From: Macrostomum lignano
Lineage: Eukaryota
Reading direction: 5' to 3'
NCBI GenBank assembly: GCA_002269645.1
Contig: NIVC01000543.1
Location: 1 to 64,000, forward strand
DNA: 64,000 nucleotides
Part shown: positions 31,721 to 44,670 of the stretch, in pieces
How positions within the stretch are numbered: position 1 is the first letter of the stretch
How the letters are laid out: each line of letters opens with the position of its first letter
Notes under the pieces: model-generated
What the model was told of the DNA's origin: nothing
The model's input: only the letters and a program-made list of their open reading frames with translations
Databases searched by the model: none
Program-made: the position numbers and the translations under genes

Positions 31721-34287
31721 TAGCATTATATACTAAACTAGAATTAATTTGTAAGTGATTTTTCATTTTTAAAGCTTTAGATATAACATTTCTAATATAA
31801 ATAAGAATAGGATAAGGATATATTTATTGAATCTTTAAACTAAAAAACCTTTAATAATATGCTTAAAATACTTTAGGGTCTAAAAAATTAACAAATGGAA
31901 ATTATTTAAAATGCTTTACCATGTTGAACAGCTACAATTTCTACTATTAGAATTAGAAAAAATGTCTTAGACTAAGGGAAAATATTTGCAACTATTATTA
32001 TAAGTACACATACTCTTTTAGTTAAAAATTAAGCATTCTTATACTTCCATATGATCTATGTGGTCAAATAAAATTTGCAATTAAATACTGATGGAGATAT
32101 AAAATTCTTGTCCACTACATTAAAATATAATTCTACTAATATTAATAAGTAATAACCTTACATAAATGCTTTTACAGTTTTAGATAAAAGTGCAGCAACA
32201 TAACTAGCCAAACGCATTCATCAACAAAATCTACTTGCAATTAGTGCTGATATTAAGCGACCTACAGGCAAGTCATATGCATTCATGACAATGTTTTCAT
32301 ACCAATATTAGGAGGAAAAGTCATAAACAAAAAACTAGAACTAGAACTACAGTCTACACAGTGACAGAAGGCATAAATGTACGAAAATGAGTCAATAAGA
32401 ACATCAGCCTTAGTCTTAAAATGTCTTGTCTTCTAGCTATACCTCTTCCGCTTTAATACAAGTGACTTTTTCTAGGCATTTGAAGTCCTCTTGCTCTAGT
32501 ACACGGTAATTGAAATATTAATTTATAATTAATTTAAGCAACAGAAAAAAACTCTAATACGATAATAAAAATCGAATCTCCTAATTTTAAACAGATAATA
32601 ATGCATTTTTACGAAAACAAAAGTAAAAAAATAGGTATAAATATGCTTTCAGCTAAGTCTAAAACTTGCATATTTTTACACCTTTGTTTTTACGCATTTG
32701 TAAGGGGCTCATTAAAACCCGTTAAATTTCTTTTGTTGCACGTCCTAAGAAATACAACAAGAATTTAGAAATATATAATATGGTACCGGACATTTCACTT
32801 CTAGGAAATAACCATTGTATATATGATGTCTAAAAAAGATTTACTTTTTATTTATAGGTGGCTGGTATAATTTATCGTTGATAGAAGCCTGAAGAGTAAT
32901 CGATTAGTCCCGAGCTTTTAGTTTCTGAGCTCAGACTCATTTTAGTACTTCAATTGGCCAACAATTTAAGCTGGCACTGTACTACATGGGATTTAAATGG
33001 GCATTTAAAAAACAATTTAAAAGCGTATTACCTGAAAAAACTAGCTGTTTGACTTACAATATAATTAAGCACATGCAGCATATAACATGTTCAAGTACAT
33101 GTTCTTCTATTAGAATATATATTTAGTTCACATCTGAATATCTATAAGCCTTATAAACTGATATTTGCAGCTGCTTGCAAGAGGCGATCATTATCTTGAG
33201 GATAATCCATCGTACCTAGCCGAACTGATATGCGTGCATTAGTAAGAGGCTAGAGCTGAGGCCTATATTATGATATTCTCTATTGATTAAGGAAAAATCA
33301 TAAGCAAGTAGCTTATAATTGCCTTTCTAGTATCTAGATACAAAAAACAAGTCTCGAGAGAAATTTCTGCCTAGAGCATGACAAATAAGCTTAAAGCCTC
33401 TTAAAATGGTTGCTGAACTGCAGTCTTGAGATTTGAAAAAGCTGAGAGCGTTTCAAGTGCTTAAATTTGCTTCACGTCAAGTAAATTGCGCGACTGCCAC
33501 AGATCATCGCGCGCGAATAATGGGTGCAAACAGGGTGCAGCTTATTCAACGGCAAGCCATCTCATTTGCCTAACAGCTGTCTGTCTCCAAGCCTTTGACT
33601 ATTTTTTTTTGTTTTGCGCCATACTCTGAGAGATGCTGCCATGGCTGCCTGCAGATTGATGCAGTTTGTGAAACTGTTGCTGCTTGCTGATCTGAGGGAG
33701 TGGATAGGGGGCTGCTTAGCTCAATTGTTCTACGCGAGCGTTGACTTGGAGACGAGATGGCTGGTTGATCCGTGGACCCGTAACCTAGCCTGATTTTAAT
33801 ATCCCTTCTCAAACTGCCTCTTCCTTCTATCCAGGCTTCCATCATGCCCGAGGCCTCCCGCTGCAAACAGATATTTCCAACCCCTACCTGCTGCGACAGG
33901 CATCTGATGGAAGAGGGGTTGCCTGATGCGATAAATGCATAGGCTTTTGCCCATTCTATCATGAGCGCTAGATGGATTCAGAGATGCTGAGTACAGAATC
34001 TATCCTACGTTTTCTCTTGTTCCCAAGTCTGTCCCTCTGCTTTCCACCCACAGCCCCGCATGAAACTTTACTGCCTCACCTCACAACCCCTCTTCTCCGA
34101 TTTGTTGTTATGTTACCATGGCGCTGTTGGATTGATTGCCTGCATACCCTTCCTGCAGCCGCCCCACCCCAGTCCGTGCGGGTTCTCACGCCCGCCCTCC
34201 TCATCCCGATAAGCATTTTAAAATCCCAACTAGACCGGGACGAGGCCTTTAATCTCCCACATCGACAGTCCAATTTTCAAGCCACTC

Positions 34288-37200
34288 ATGCTATCAGTTC
34301 TGTTACTGTCTCTGGCCATTTTGGCCGGCCCAGCGGTTGGTCAGACCTTCGGCAACTTTACCTGGGTGTTTGAGAAACTCGACTACCACCCGACCACTGT
34401 GACTTTCGGCAACGTTCTTCGCTTCCGAGTTAACGGCACGATGGACGCCACGTCGAGCAGCGAGCTGCGCATCGAAATCTACACGGCTAGCGACAACACG
34501 TCCGCCCTTTTCTCTATCTGCTCCCCTACGATCATCAGCATCGGCTCCGGTCTGAGTGGCAGCATCAACGCCACCGTCCTGAACAGCCAGTGGATCATGG
34601 AGTCCAAGGGCAACGACTATCGCAGCGAGAGAGCCATTCTGAACGTTGTCAACATCACCAATACTGGGGCCTCCGGAGCTAACAGTAAGATTGTTTTTGA
34701 GTTCAGCGCAATTGTCCTGAATTCACCCCGCATGGCCCTAAACACGAGCTACTATGTGAGCTTTGGTGCTCGCTACGCCAATCAAACTAAGGTCTGGGTG
34801 GGACAGGCAGCTTACCCCTGGCAGAATGTGACCGCTAACACTAGCGCCACTGTCTCCAACCTGACCCTAACGGGACCATCAAGTCTCATGATTGGCGAGA
34901 CGGGAGTGTTTACCGCCAAATTTACTACGGGAGTCATGCTGAACCAGATCATCATGGATATCTTTGCCCCACTGAACACAACCGACATCATGTCCGTCTG
35001 CTTTGCAACTATCGGCGAGGACAGTGGTAGATCATTCAGCTGTGGTCCGACCAGCGGCAACCTGACCTTCCCGTCAAGGGTTCTATACGACGCTGCCTCA
35101 GGCGAGTACCGCAACGCCATCGCCACGTTTGACGCTGGAGAACTGATCAACGGAGCGATGAGAACCGGCTCAACAACCGATGCGGACAACACAGTTACGT
35201 TCAAGATCGCGGCTAAGATGCTAAACGGAAGCTCCGTCGGTACGCCCTACAAGTTCGGCATCGCTTTGCAGCATAACTATGCCCAGATTTGGACGGCCAG
35301 CGTTAATGTTTCTGCCGAAGCAGCCAACTGGACAACGCCATCCGCAAACCCCGTAATGCAGCTTACGCAGAACATGGACTACGTAATGATTGGGTCCACG
35401 GCAACTGTATTTTTGAACATGACGCTCCCACGGAACAGCACCACCAACTACAAGGTAGAAGTTGCCCTACCTTTTAACGACTCGCAGGCCCTCATGACGT
35501 TTCAACGCATTCGTATCCTCCATGTGGGTAGAAACATGCCTTGCTTCTACTACAACACCAACAACGTGACGCTAATTAGCTCGGCTAATGACACCAACAA
35601 AGACTACATAATTTTCGACTTGGGTCCAATCACTGACACCGGAATCCGCAGCGGCCTTTATGACGACGACATTGTAATCGAGATTTCTGGGCTTGTTCTG
35701 AACCACTCGCTCATCACTTCCGGTGGCAGCCTGAAAGTAGTTGCTGGAGTTCGCTATGGCAATGCCATCTGGGTTTCGTCTCAGAACTTCACTGTCGTCA
35801 CGACGCAACCGACTTACCCAATCAATAAGCAGCTGCAGATTACTCTTAAGAACGCCATGACAGTCAGTACCATCTATAATGGAACAACCCATGCTTTCTG
35901 GCTTGACATCTACCAGCCCATCGGTACCCACTATGGCCCCATGGACATCGAGCTTATTACTGTCATGGATAACAATCGCGCTGTTTTGTCCATTTGCGAT
36001 GTGCAGGTCCTGCTACTGGGAGATAATTTTATCAACATCAACACGAGCTCCTTGACGGTCACAAATGTTTCTACTGCTGATGATGGATTTGTTGATCGAG
36101 TGCTCATTCGATTCCCATCAAAATACGTTTCCAACGTGGGCATGCTCGACTTTCCATGGAGCCGAGAGAAGAATACTATTCGATTCCAAATTTTGACAAG
36201 CATAACGCCTCATTACATCACGAACACAAGCAATCTCTTCAACGACAGCCTGTACTGGATTGGCGCGAGTGTGAAGTACGAAGAAAACAAGCTATTTGTG
36301 TCCCGTGTTGGAGTCGACTATGATCCGACTACTACGTTCAACAACATCTCGAGCGTAAACGAATCCTCATTTAGCACAGTCCAGCAGACACCCAATACTA
36401 CCGTGTGGGTTGGAGGGACATACACAATGCAGTACAACATGACCAGCGTTATCCAAAGCTATGGTCGCTACGTCATTGATGTTGTGTCGCTGAATGAGAA
36501 CCTCCACATTTGCCGCGTGGGCCTGGCTAAAAGGGGTGTGAACGTACCTTGCCTTGGCCAAATGATTGAACCAAATGTGACCCTCGCTAATGGCAGCAGC
36601 ACTATCGTTAAGGAGTACCAGTTAGATCTTTTGAACTTTGCAAATGTGGGTCAACCATGCACCAAGTACAGCGGTAGCGACAACTCCGGTCTGTTCGATG
36701 TAGTTCTACAAGTTAAGTCGGGTACTACAGGATCGGTTGTGTCAGCTGGTGGGGTCATTTATATCGGCTCGAAAAAGCTCTGGGTGGATGGTGTGAATAT
36801 AACAATCAACAGCACTCTGCCCAGCATTCAGTTCACGCCTCAATTTAGCCTTGGACTTAGAAATGGATCGCAGAATTTAGTCCGAAATGGTACCCATACT
36901 GTCGTACTGGAAGGATACCTGCCCGTGGATACCCTGGGCGAATACTCGGTCGACTTCCTCGTTCCATTTAACACAAGCGATCGAGGCAAGCTTCATATTT
37001 GTTCTACCAGGGTCGTTCGTGTTGGCTGGAACTTGCCCTGTGTGAATGACACCCAGCTGACTAGGGTTTTCAACGACACTTACGATTCTGGGGCTACTGA
37101 CAGAAGTCAAATTAACCTGGGCTTCATCCAAAACATTGCCACTTCTGGTGCGGTGGTTCAGGAAGATAACAAAATAATTATTGAGGCCGACATTTACGTG

Positions 37201-39390
37201 AACGGAACAATGACAAGCGTAGGAGAAACGCTTTGGGTTGGAGCCTCGGTGAACATCAGCAACAGTCTTGTTTGGGTCGGCAGCAAGTCGCTAACCGTAA
37301 CGGACACTCTGCCCACTATAACTGGACTGAATCCCTACATCACCCCGGCCGTGACAGATACGGTGCAAATGAATATTTTCGAAGAGAGAACTTTACATTT
37401 AATGTCACAATCGCCGAGTCGCTGACCAACTTCACGCTCACTATTTATTCCAACGCAACTCCTGCTAGTTCGGAGGCAAAGTTCACCTTCCGTGAACTAA
37501 ATGTTACCTACAAGGGTACCAACATTTGCTGCCAGGACAAACTTAATTTTGTATATTCCAACGTTTCGACTTTGGGCAATACCCAGGTAGACGTGATCAT
37601 GGCAAACGCTTATGTTGGTAACACTGGAGTCTTCAGACGTCACCAGTGGAGCAAGTATCATAAGGATTCTGACGTGCTGCAGTTCAAAGTAAAGGCTCGC
37701 CTAATGGATCACGAGGACAACATCGCCAATAGTGTCCAGTACATCTACTGTAACTTGACTTTCAGTGGAGAGACGGTCTCTACGAACGCTCCTGTGATGG
37801 TGAATATTACGGCCACGGATAAGCCAAGCTTACAGATCTTCCAGACGGAGGTACAGAACCTGTCGGTTTATAGTAAGATACCGGGCGCGGACGTACAGCT
37901 GGCTATTCGTCTCAACCACACGGAGACGTCACGCGGAAATGCTTACGGTGTCAACCTTTTCTGGTACATACCCTACGTCATTGGATACTCGGCTTTTGTG
38001 AGCTCCGTCCCATTCACTGTCACCGTCCAGAACAACACAAACGCTAGCGAGGGAATTCTAATCACTTTCCCTCGCATCACGTACACCGATGATCTGTACA
38101 TCGTGATCAATGCTACAGTCGATCCTCTGGGCGCCTTGAAGTACGGAAGCGGCATCACCTTCATTACGCTACTTGCCGATGCTTTTACACGCACCGAAAC
38201 AAGCCAGGTTCCGTCGTTACTACAACCGCCGTAAATGCTTACTCGCCAACCTTCCGCGCTGGACTGAATGTCTTCGTACCCGACTGCGCAAACCCATTGG
38301 GAATGGAGTCGGGTGCTATAGCAGACTGTCAGATCACCTCCAGCGGCTATCTGGGCACGGACAGCCCACTCCACAGCCGCTACAACTCCACCGCTGCTTG
38401 GACTACGCTTCACCGCGGGCCACCATTCTACGGCAACGAGTTCCTGGAGATCAACTTAGGAAATCGAACCCGAGTCAGCGCGGTCAGGCTTCAGTCGCAT
38501 AAGGATGATACCAACAACAAGGTGGATACCTTCTGGTTTCAATACAGCGAGGAGGGTCTTCTATGGTTTGATGTCAACAGCAACAACACCAACACCAAGG
38601 AGGTAAGTTGCGCAATATTTTTAACTATATTAGAAGCTGTGCAGACAGCCATTGTTGCCAGAAAACAGCGCATCAATACAAGCTGCTTTCAAATTTCGAT
38701 AACTTTCAGGTTTACACGGCTACTTACTCTGGCGGCTCAGCTTACGTGAAGCTAAACAAGGCCATTGTAGGTCGGTACATCAGGATACTGCCTTTGACTG
38801 GCTCGCCAAAGACCTACAGCCGCTCGCTGCGCGTGGAATTTTATGGTTGTCAGCAGACAACCGACGTGACACCTGCTGAAGCATGCTACGAAGTGACGAC
38901 CAAGGCCACTGGCTTCAGCCACAGTCGCAGCTACGTCATCAGTCCCAAAGAGGGCGCCATTTACGCTTGCATGCTCTATAGGCCCGGGGGTCGGGCCCAC
39001 TGCTCTCGCTCTGTGGACTTTGGCGCCAGCTGGGAAGCATTGGACAGCGTGATCAGCCAGATTGGCTTCGTCCTGCCGACCGACTCGAGCATCTACGGCA
39101 CCGCCTACGATGAACGGAGCCGCATGAAGTCCATTGACGGCGGTTGGAGCTGGTTCGCCATCTCGGAGGAGGACTACACGACCAACCTGGCTCTGGGCCG
39201 CCGCGCCATTGAGATTCCGTGGCAGGACTTCGGCACCAACAACGCCACTCTGCTGTGCCCCACATATGGCATGAAGTACAATGACACCTTCACCGTTAGC
39301 GTCGACGTCACGGGCCTCCACATCAGCAAGGACGGCCAGAACAAGACCTGGACGCTGATCGCCGGCTGGGCCGATGCCAACTGGCTCTGA
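34288..39390 (+). CDS. Large secreted, sequon-rich protein (about 1,660 aa): tandem ~160-aa beta-rich repeats, an F5/8 type C (discoidin) domain and Asp-box (BNR) motifs; two -1 frameshifts (about 37385 and 38185); intron 38603-38709
   Basis: Signal peptide 'MLSVLLLSLAILAGPAVG'. Repeated 'G..Y....(I/V)W' and 'S(I/V)C......G.N.PC' motifs. F5/8C 'CANPLGMESGAIADCQITSS..AW..EFLEINLG..GRYIRILP..SLRVEFYGC'. Asp boxes 'SVDFGASW' and 'SIDGGWSW'. GAG|GTAAGT..CAG|GTT intron is in frame. Confidence 0.8.
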
Positions 39391-42096
39391 GAGAGTCGGC
39401 CAGGATAAACCGGAGCACATAAAGTGGAGAACCAACTTTGCCTGAGGAACTGAAAAGCATCGACTCCAGAACAGAGAATATTTAGGCTCTCGAGTTCATT
39501 TTTTCACGGCTTTATCTAACAGTTTAAATTTTTTTCAAATCAAAAAACTCATAAAGGAAAATTATGTACCTTTAATTTTTTCTTATAAAAAGTAGTCACT
39601 TTTTTATACAGTAGTATTTTTCTGAGCTAGCAGTAATTTCATACCAGATAGCTGGACTGGTGACTCAAGGCTGCCTGATGCTTTTGGAAGAAATTTGGCA
39701 TCGATCAAATGAGAACCGACACTTTTTATTTAAGCGTTACAGAATCAATGAATAATCTCGCGCGAAACCAACTGGATATGAAGGAATGAAATCGGGAATT
39801 AGGAAGAGTTGCCTTGGCTGTCCGTCCAACTTTGGTTACTTTCGCTAGTACAAGCGCTGCCCTCTTGTTAACCACTTTGCATACAAAAAACAAAGCAACT
39901 GTTTAATTTTGCCTCTTCAAAAATGCCTGTCATTTTTCTGTCAGTTCACAAATTATCAACTGTTTTTGTTCCGCGAAAATCGATTCGTGTCAAAACTAAG
40001 TAACAAAATTCTACTCTTTCAAAAAAGCAAATACAGAATATACTGTCAACAGCATCCTCTCCGCAATTCTGCTTGCGCAGTGGCCAGGTTCTCCTTTATT
40101 AACAGCAGAGTGACGCCAGAAGCCTCAAGAAGAGAAGAGAGGCTCAAGAAGAGGTGGCACTAAGAAGGCAAAGCGACTTTTTGTCTTTGAAAGACAGAAC
40201 AGCTGCAGACATGCGGAGCTGCAGTGAGGGAACAATCGAAGAAGACGAAGGGGAGGAGAGGGGCGACAGGCCTCGCTAGCAGAGTTCCCGTCCCAGCAGT
40301 CCCCCGACAAAGCATGAAAAATTCATGGCGACACCCCCGCCCTCCTCCGCCAGCCGCCAGATCGATGCGGCACTGCTGCTGCAATAAACCAGTTGGCTGC
40401 TGGCATCGGAGAGAGAAGGCTTCTGTACCCCCCCCCCCCTGTTTGCAATTTGCCCCAGCTTCTAGTTACCAGGCGGGCAAACAGCAGCAGCCCCAGCTCA
40501 GGTGAGTTGGCATCAGGTGAGATGAAGGGACAGAGGCAGGCAGGCGGCTCATGCGAGACGATGGGGGCGGCGCTTCGCTGCGCGAGCATGCAGGGGTGGA
40601 AAATGAATGCGGGCGGCCAGTGGCGGCGGCCGATAGTTGATTTCTGCTGCATGGATGCGCAGAAGATGGGGGGAGTTGCCACCGCGCTTCGGCTGATGGG
40701 AGCGGTTGCCATGACAAATAGTTGGGGCTCATGTGACTGCCGGCTTATCCCAACCCGCAGCAGCTCCATCCCTCCGTCCTGGCTTCCCACTGCCTTGCGC
40801 CAATGCAGAATGCAAGAAATCGCCTCTATGAGTGGAGTAGCAGCGGGAATTTTTTGTGTGAGTCTGTTCTCTCAGTGCGGAGAAGCTGCTTGCTAGCCTC
40901 AGACATGGAAAGAGCTCATTAGATGCGACTTCGAATGGAGCTCACTAAAAACTGGAAGCTCACTTGTGTATTTTATATACGGACTTTTCTCGATGATAAA
41001 CCAAAGCCCGAAAAGCAAAATGCAGAATGGCAAATCTTAGCGAAATCTGTCTTAGTGATTTTGTTCAAAGTTAAAACAGATGAACTCGCGGGAGCCCTGC
41101 AACCTCGGAAAAGACCTGCCCAGAAGTTGAGCAATTGTCGCGTTTGAGTTGGAACAGCTCAGCGCTGCTCAAAGTGAAGGCTTATCTAATGTACCACGCC
41201 AGAAAAGAGAATATTTTTTAGCCTGTGTTAGGCCTTTGTTACTATCAGTAGTACTACTAACAATATTTGTTTTTTTGAGGCGGACTGCCTGACGGCAGAA
41301 GGTTAAATATATAAAGTAACTCAAAACAAAGGGCAAAGAGCACTTAACATGTATCCAGACTTCATCAAGGATTTCTAGAAGTACTCGTAGCGGTGTTATC
41401 GAGAATATTACACTCGCGATTACTGGGATTAGCGGGCCCTGTCATAAGGCCTGACTTGGTCTCGAACTCGCAACTGCAGTTGTTGCACGAGGAAGCGTCT
41501 CATTTATTCTGTGTAAGGATAAATAAATGAGTTCTGACGCTTCCCAATAATCTTCTGATTAATTGAATGTAGGCAAAAAATTCTCGGCAACGGAAGATTT
41601 TTTATTAGTATGAACGGTTTTCATAAACTATTCTTTTTAAACCTTCTTTATTCCAATTACGCTCGTATTTCATCAAAGTCACATGCAGTTGACAGCGCTC
41701 GTACAGTTAGGCACTTCATGGCAACAGCTCAGCAGGGAAAGATTGTATAATTTACGCTACTGTACTCTACATCTACATGTATGCACTACAGAAAATTGAT
41801 TTTGTAATAAAAAGCAATAATTAGTACTGTACCTTCTAAATATACTAAATCTCTAAGGTTTGTATGCTTGTCCATATACTAATATTGTATGTAACTATAA
41901 GTATAACTTTATAACTATATTGAATTCGCTTTTCATGCCTTTACATCTGAAAAACCTTCAGGAAGTCTTTGAGAATCCACACAACATCACCGTCTGGCCA
42001 AGCCATGATCTCAATGGGAGCAGTAACGAGCTACCTTGAAAGCCTGACAAATCTTGCAGGTTAAATGTTCAATTTGAAATACGAAGCAAAGGTGCA

Positions 42097-43332
42097 TCAG
42101 CCAGTGGCAAGTGTAAATCCTTCGCTGTAAATAAGGTGGTCAAAGTCCTTATGAATCCACAATATATCGCAGTCCTCCCACAGTTCTGCATTTTTGACAT
42201 CCAGCGCTGACAGGCCCGGAGTCCGCCAAGCGGAGTAGTTTCTGCTGGCGAAGAAGTCCACTATCGTTGCGCTGTCAGTTCCGACCATGTGCTGCCTCAG
42301 AAACTCCATCTGCACAAAAACCACTCTGAACTGGCTGAACAGACAGCCCGACGTCCTCAGGAAGTCCGCCTCTCCGCCCTCGATGTCCAGCTTGATGACG
42401 ACGTTCCTCGTGCCGATGAGGCCGCACAGCCGCTCGCTCCTTACCGGCATCACGGGGATCGAGTCGACCACGGCTCTGCCGAACTTGGTCGCTCCGCCGA
42501 CGTTGCAGTCGTCAGGGAAGTTGAGGAAGCTCAGCTGGTCTCCGGATCCGATGAAGTTCCACACGAGCGCCGCATCGAGCGCCGCCGCGTTGAGGCTCAG
42601 CCGCAGCCGGAGCAGGTTGCGGATGTTCGCGTCCAGCGACACGACGGGCAGCCCGAGTCTCGCGGCCAGCAAGCTGTAGACACCGATGTTGCAACCCGCG
42701 TCGAGGAAGGTCGCGTTCGGCACCTTCAGAGCCAGTCTCATGGTTGTATGGACCAGCTCACGCTCCCATTCGTGACTGGTCTTGATGACCTCAGAAATGC
42801 TGTCTCTCTCAGAGTAGACAAACATCTTCACCTTGGTGTTATTCATGTCCAGCAGATCGGCGGTCGAGCTGTCGGACCGCACAACCTCGAGGATTCTGTC
42901 ATCGAACGGGTTCTGCAGCCGGCACATGGGGAACCCGCCCGCCGCTTTCTCGTACGCCTTGGCGCCGCTGCACAGGACGTGGCGGAGCGCCGGCTGCTGG
43001 AAGTCCACATTGCGCAGCTCATTGTAGATTTTGCAGTTTGTTTTTATTGTTGCCGGTGCTCTTGTTTGCAACTCTGTTTGCAGCGGTCGCGTAGCAACAG
43101 TCTTCGCGATCGCTGTTTCGTTTTTCCTACTCGAAATCTGTCTTCCACTTTCCTTTGGAGTTTCTACGATTTGGATTGGATTTGGTACATGGGCATCGGA
43201 AATGAAATGCTTTTTCGAAGACCGCGGTTTGATATGGTCGCGCCATCGTACCCTGGAGTACAAAATGTACGCCATGAAGAGGGCCGTGGCGCACAAGGCG
43301 AGCAGCATAATATTTTGCTTTGGCCGAGCCAT
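42097..43332 (-). CDS. FkbM-family (Methyltransf_21) SAM-dependent methyltransferase, paralog 1, N-terminal signal anchor, intronless (411 aa from the first ATG)
   Basis: 'FLDAGCNIGVYSL' (motif I), 'IKLDIEGGE', hydrophobic 'IMLLALCATALFMAYILY' after a short basic N-terminus, followed by a Ser/Thr/Pro-rich stem. Confidence 0.88.
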   Translation of the reverse strand: MARPKQNIMLLALCATALFMAYILYSRVRWRDHIKPRSSKKHFISDAHVPNPIQIVETPKESGRQISSRKNETAIAKTVATRPLQTELQTRAPATIKTNCKIYNELRNVDFQQPALRHVLCSGAKAYEKAAGGFPMCRLQNPFDDRILEVVRSDSSTADLLDMNNTKVKMFVYSERDSISEVIKTSHEWERELVHTTMRLALKVPNATFLDAGCNIGVYSLLAARLGLPVVSLDANIRNLLRLRLSLNAAALDAALVWNFIGSGDQLSFLNFPDDCNVGGATKFGRAVVDSIPVMPVRSERLCGLIGTRNVVIKLDIEGGEADFLRTSGCLFSQFRVVFVQMEFLRQHMVGTDSATIVDFFASRNYSAWRTPGLSALDVKNAELWEDCDILWIHKDFDHLIYSEGFTLATG

Positions 43333-44670
43333 CAGTGGGAAGTGAACTTCAGTTGTCCCAAATCCTGCAGTCACTTTGAACTCTGGCCACAACACGACTG
43401 GCTTCGTGAGCTTCAGACAAAAGCATTTCAGTGCGATGCATTTTTATTATTCCAACTCTGCTCACTCGCCAGCCAGGACTGTTGCTCTGATTCAAGCTCA
43501 TCGAACCCTATTGGCTGCTAATCGAAAAAAGATTCGGTTAGAAGGCTGCATACGTGTCTCAAGGAGAGCTTACGAAAAACCTTTTACTAATACTTTTACT
43601 AATAGGAATTTCTCTTGCTCCTGAGTCCGGCGCTAAGTCATAAATGATATTAGCGAGCTGCGCATGCAGCATTGGAAAACGGCAGAGTCGTGCCAATCAA
43701 CGCATTTTCCTAAGCTCATTGCATGCCGCGCAGTGCCCCAGAGTCTCCAGGGGTACACTGTAGAAAGGTTCAGAGTCAGAAGAGAAGCATACGGCAAAGC
43801 ATTAGTGAAGCATGTGGTGCCATGGCAGCTGGTTACGCGCAATTGTGTTTAATCGTTGCAGCAGTCCGTACTGAGACGGTGCAAGCCAAACGGCAGTGAC
43901 TGCAGCATATTTGAGCGGGAGGGTTGAGCGTTTCATTCCACACAAGACCAGCTACCACTGCGAGATCGCCTCGTATTACTGCCGTATTGAGAATTGTGTC
44001 GAAGTGAGAAATAAAAGGCAAATTGGGTACGCAGAGATTCACGACTTGTTACACCGTCTCGAGCCTCGTGCATTTATTTACATTGCAACTCACAAACTGA
44101 GAGATATTTTGCCGCGCCAAAACATAAACTCATTCAAGTGCAATAAGCTACAAGCTCGCGGCGGGCAGGCCCTCACGCTATGAGTACAGTACTTGTACAT
44201 TAAACTTATAGAGTCAGTCAATAAAAACGCATAAGACCGTTAGCTAATCAAGAGTGACGCAACCCAGTGGAGCCACAGTATTGTCAATCGTTCCTCTGCC
44301 CCCTCCGAATTGAATTGGGAGGAGATGGGGAAAGCTAAGGCAGGAAAAATTCCTATTAAATGACTTCAGCAAAAGTGGGCTGAAGCCGGAATTATGAAGT
44401 TCCGGGAATAGAATGCTCAAACGCCGCCAGTAGTACCAGAAATGATTTTCTATTTTGACGCAAAGTCTTGATGTCCAATCTAAAACTCTTTGGTCATAAA
44501 GTCAGCAATTTCTGTACGCAAGCACCTAAACCAATACTACAATGTGTTGTACCAGCTGCAAAGCTTTACCTGACTTTAATCGATTTGGAATGCCAGAATG
44601 GCAAGATAAAGAGCAGAGGCGCAGCCATTAAACTCCGCGTCAAGTCAGCCAAGTCTGACTGACATCCGGC

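Noticed and set aside
33570-33962. Weak resemblance of 'MMEAWIEGRGSLRR' to the C-terminus of RTE-type LINE proteins
   Set aside because: Too short and degenerate to support without a search.
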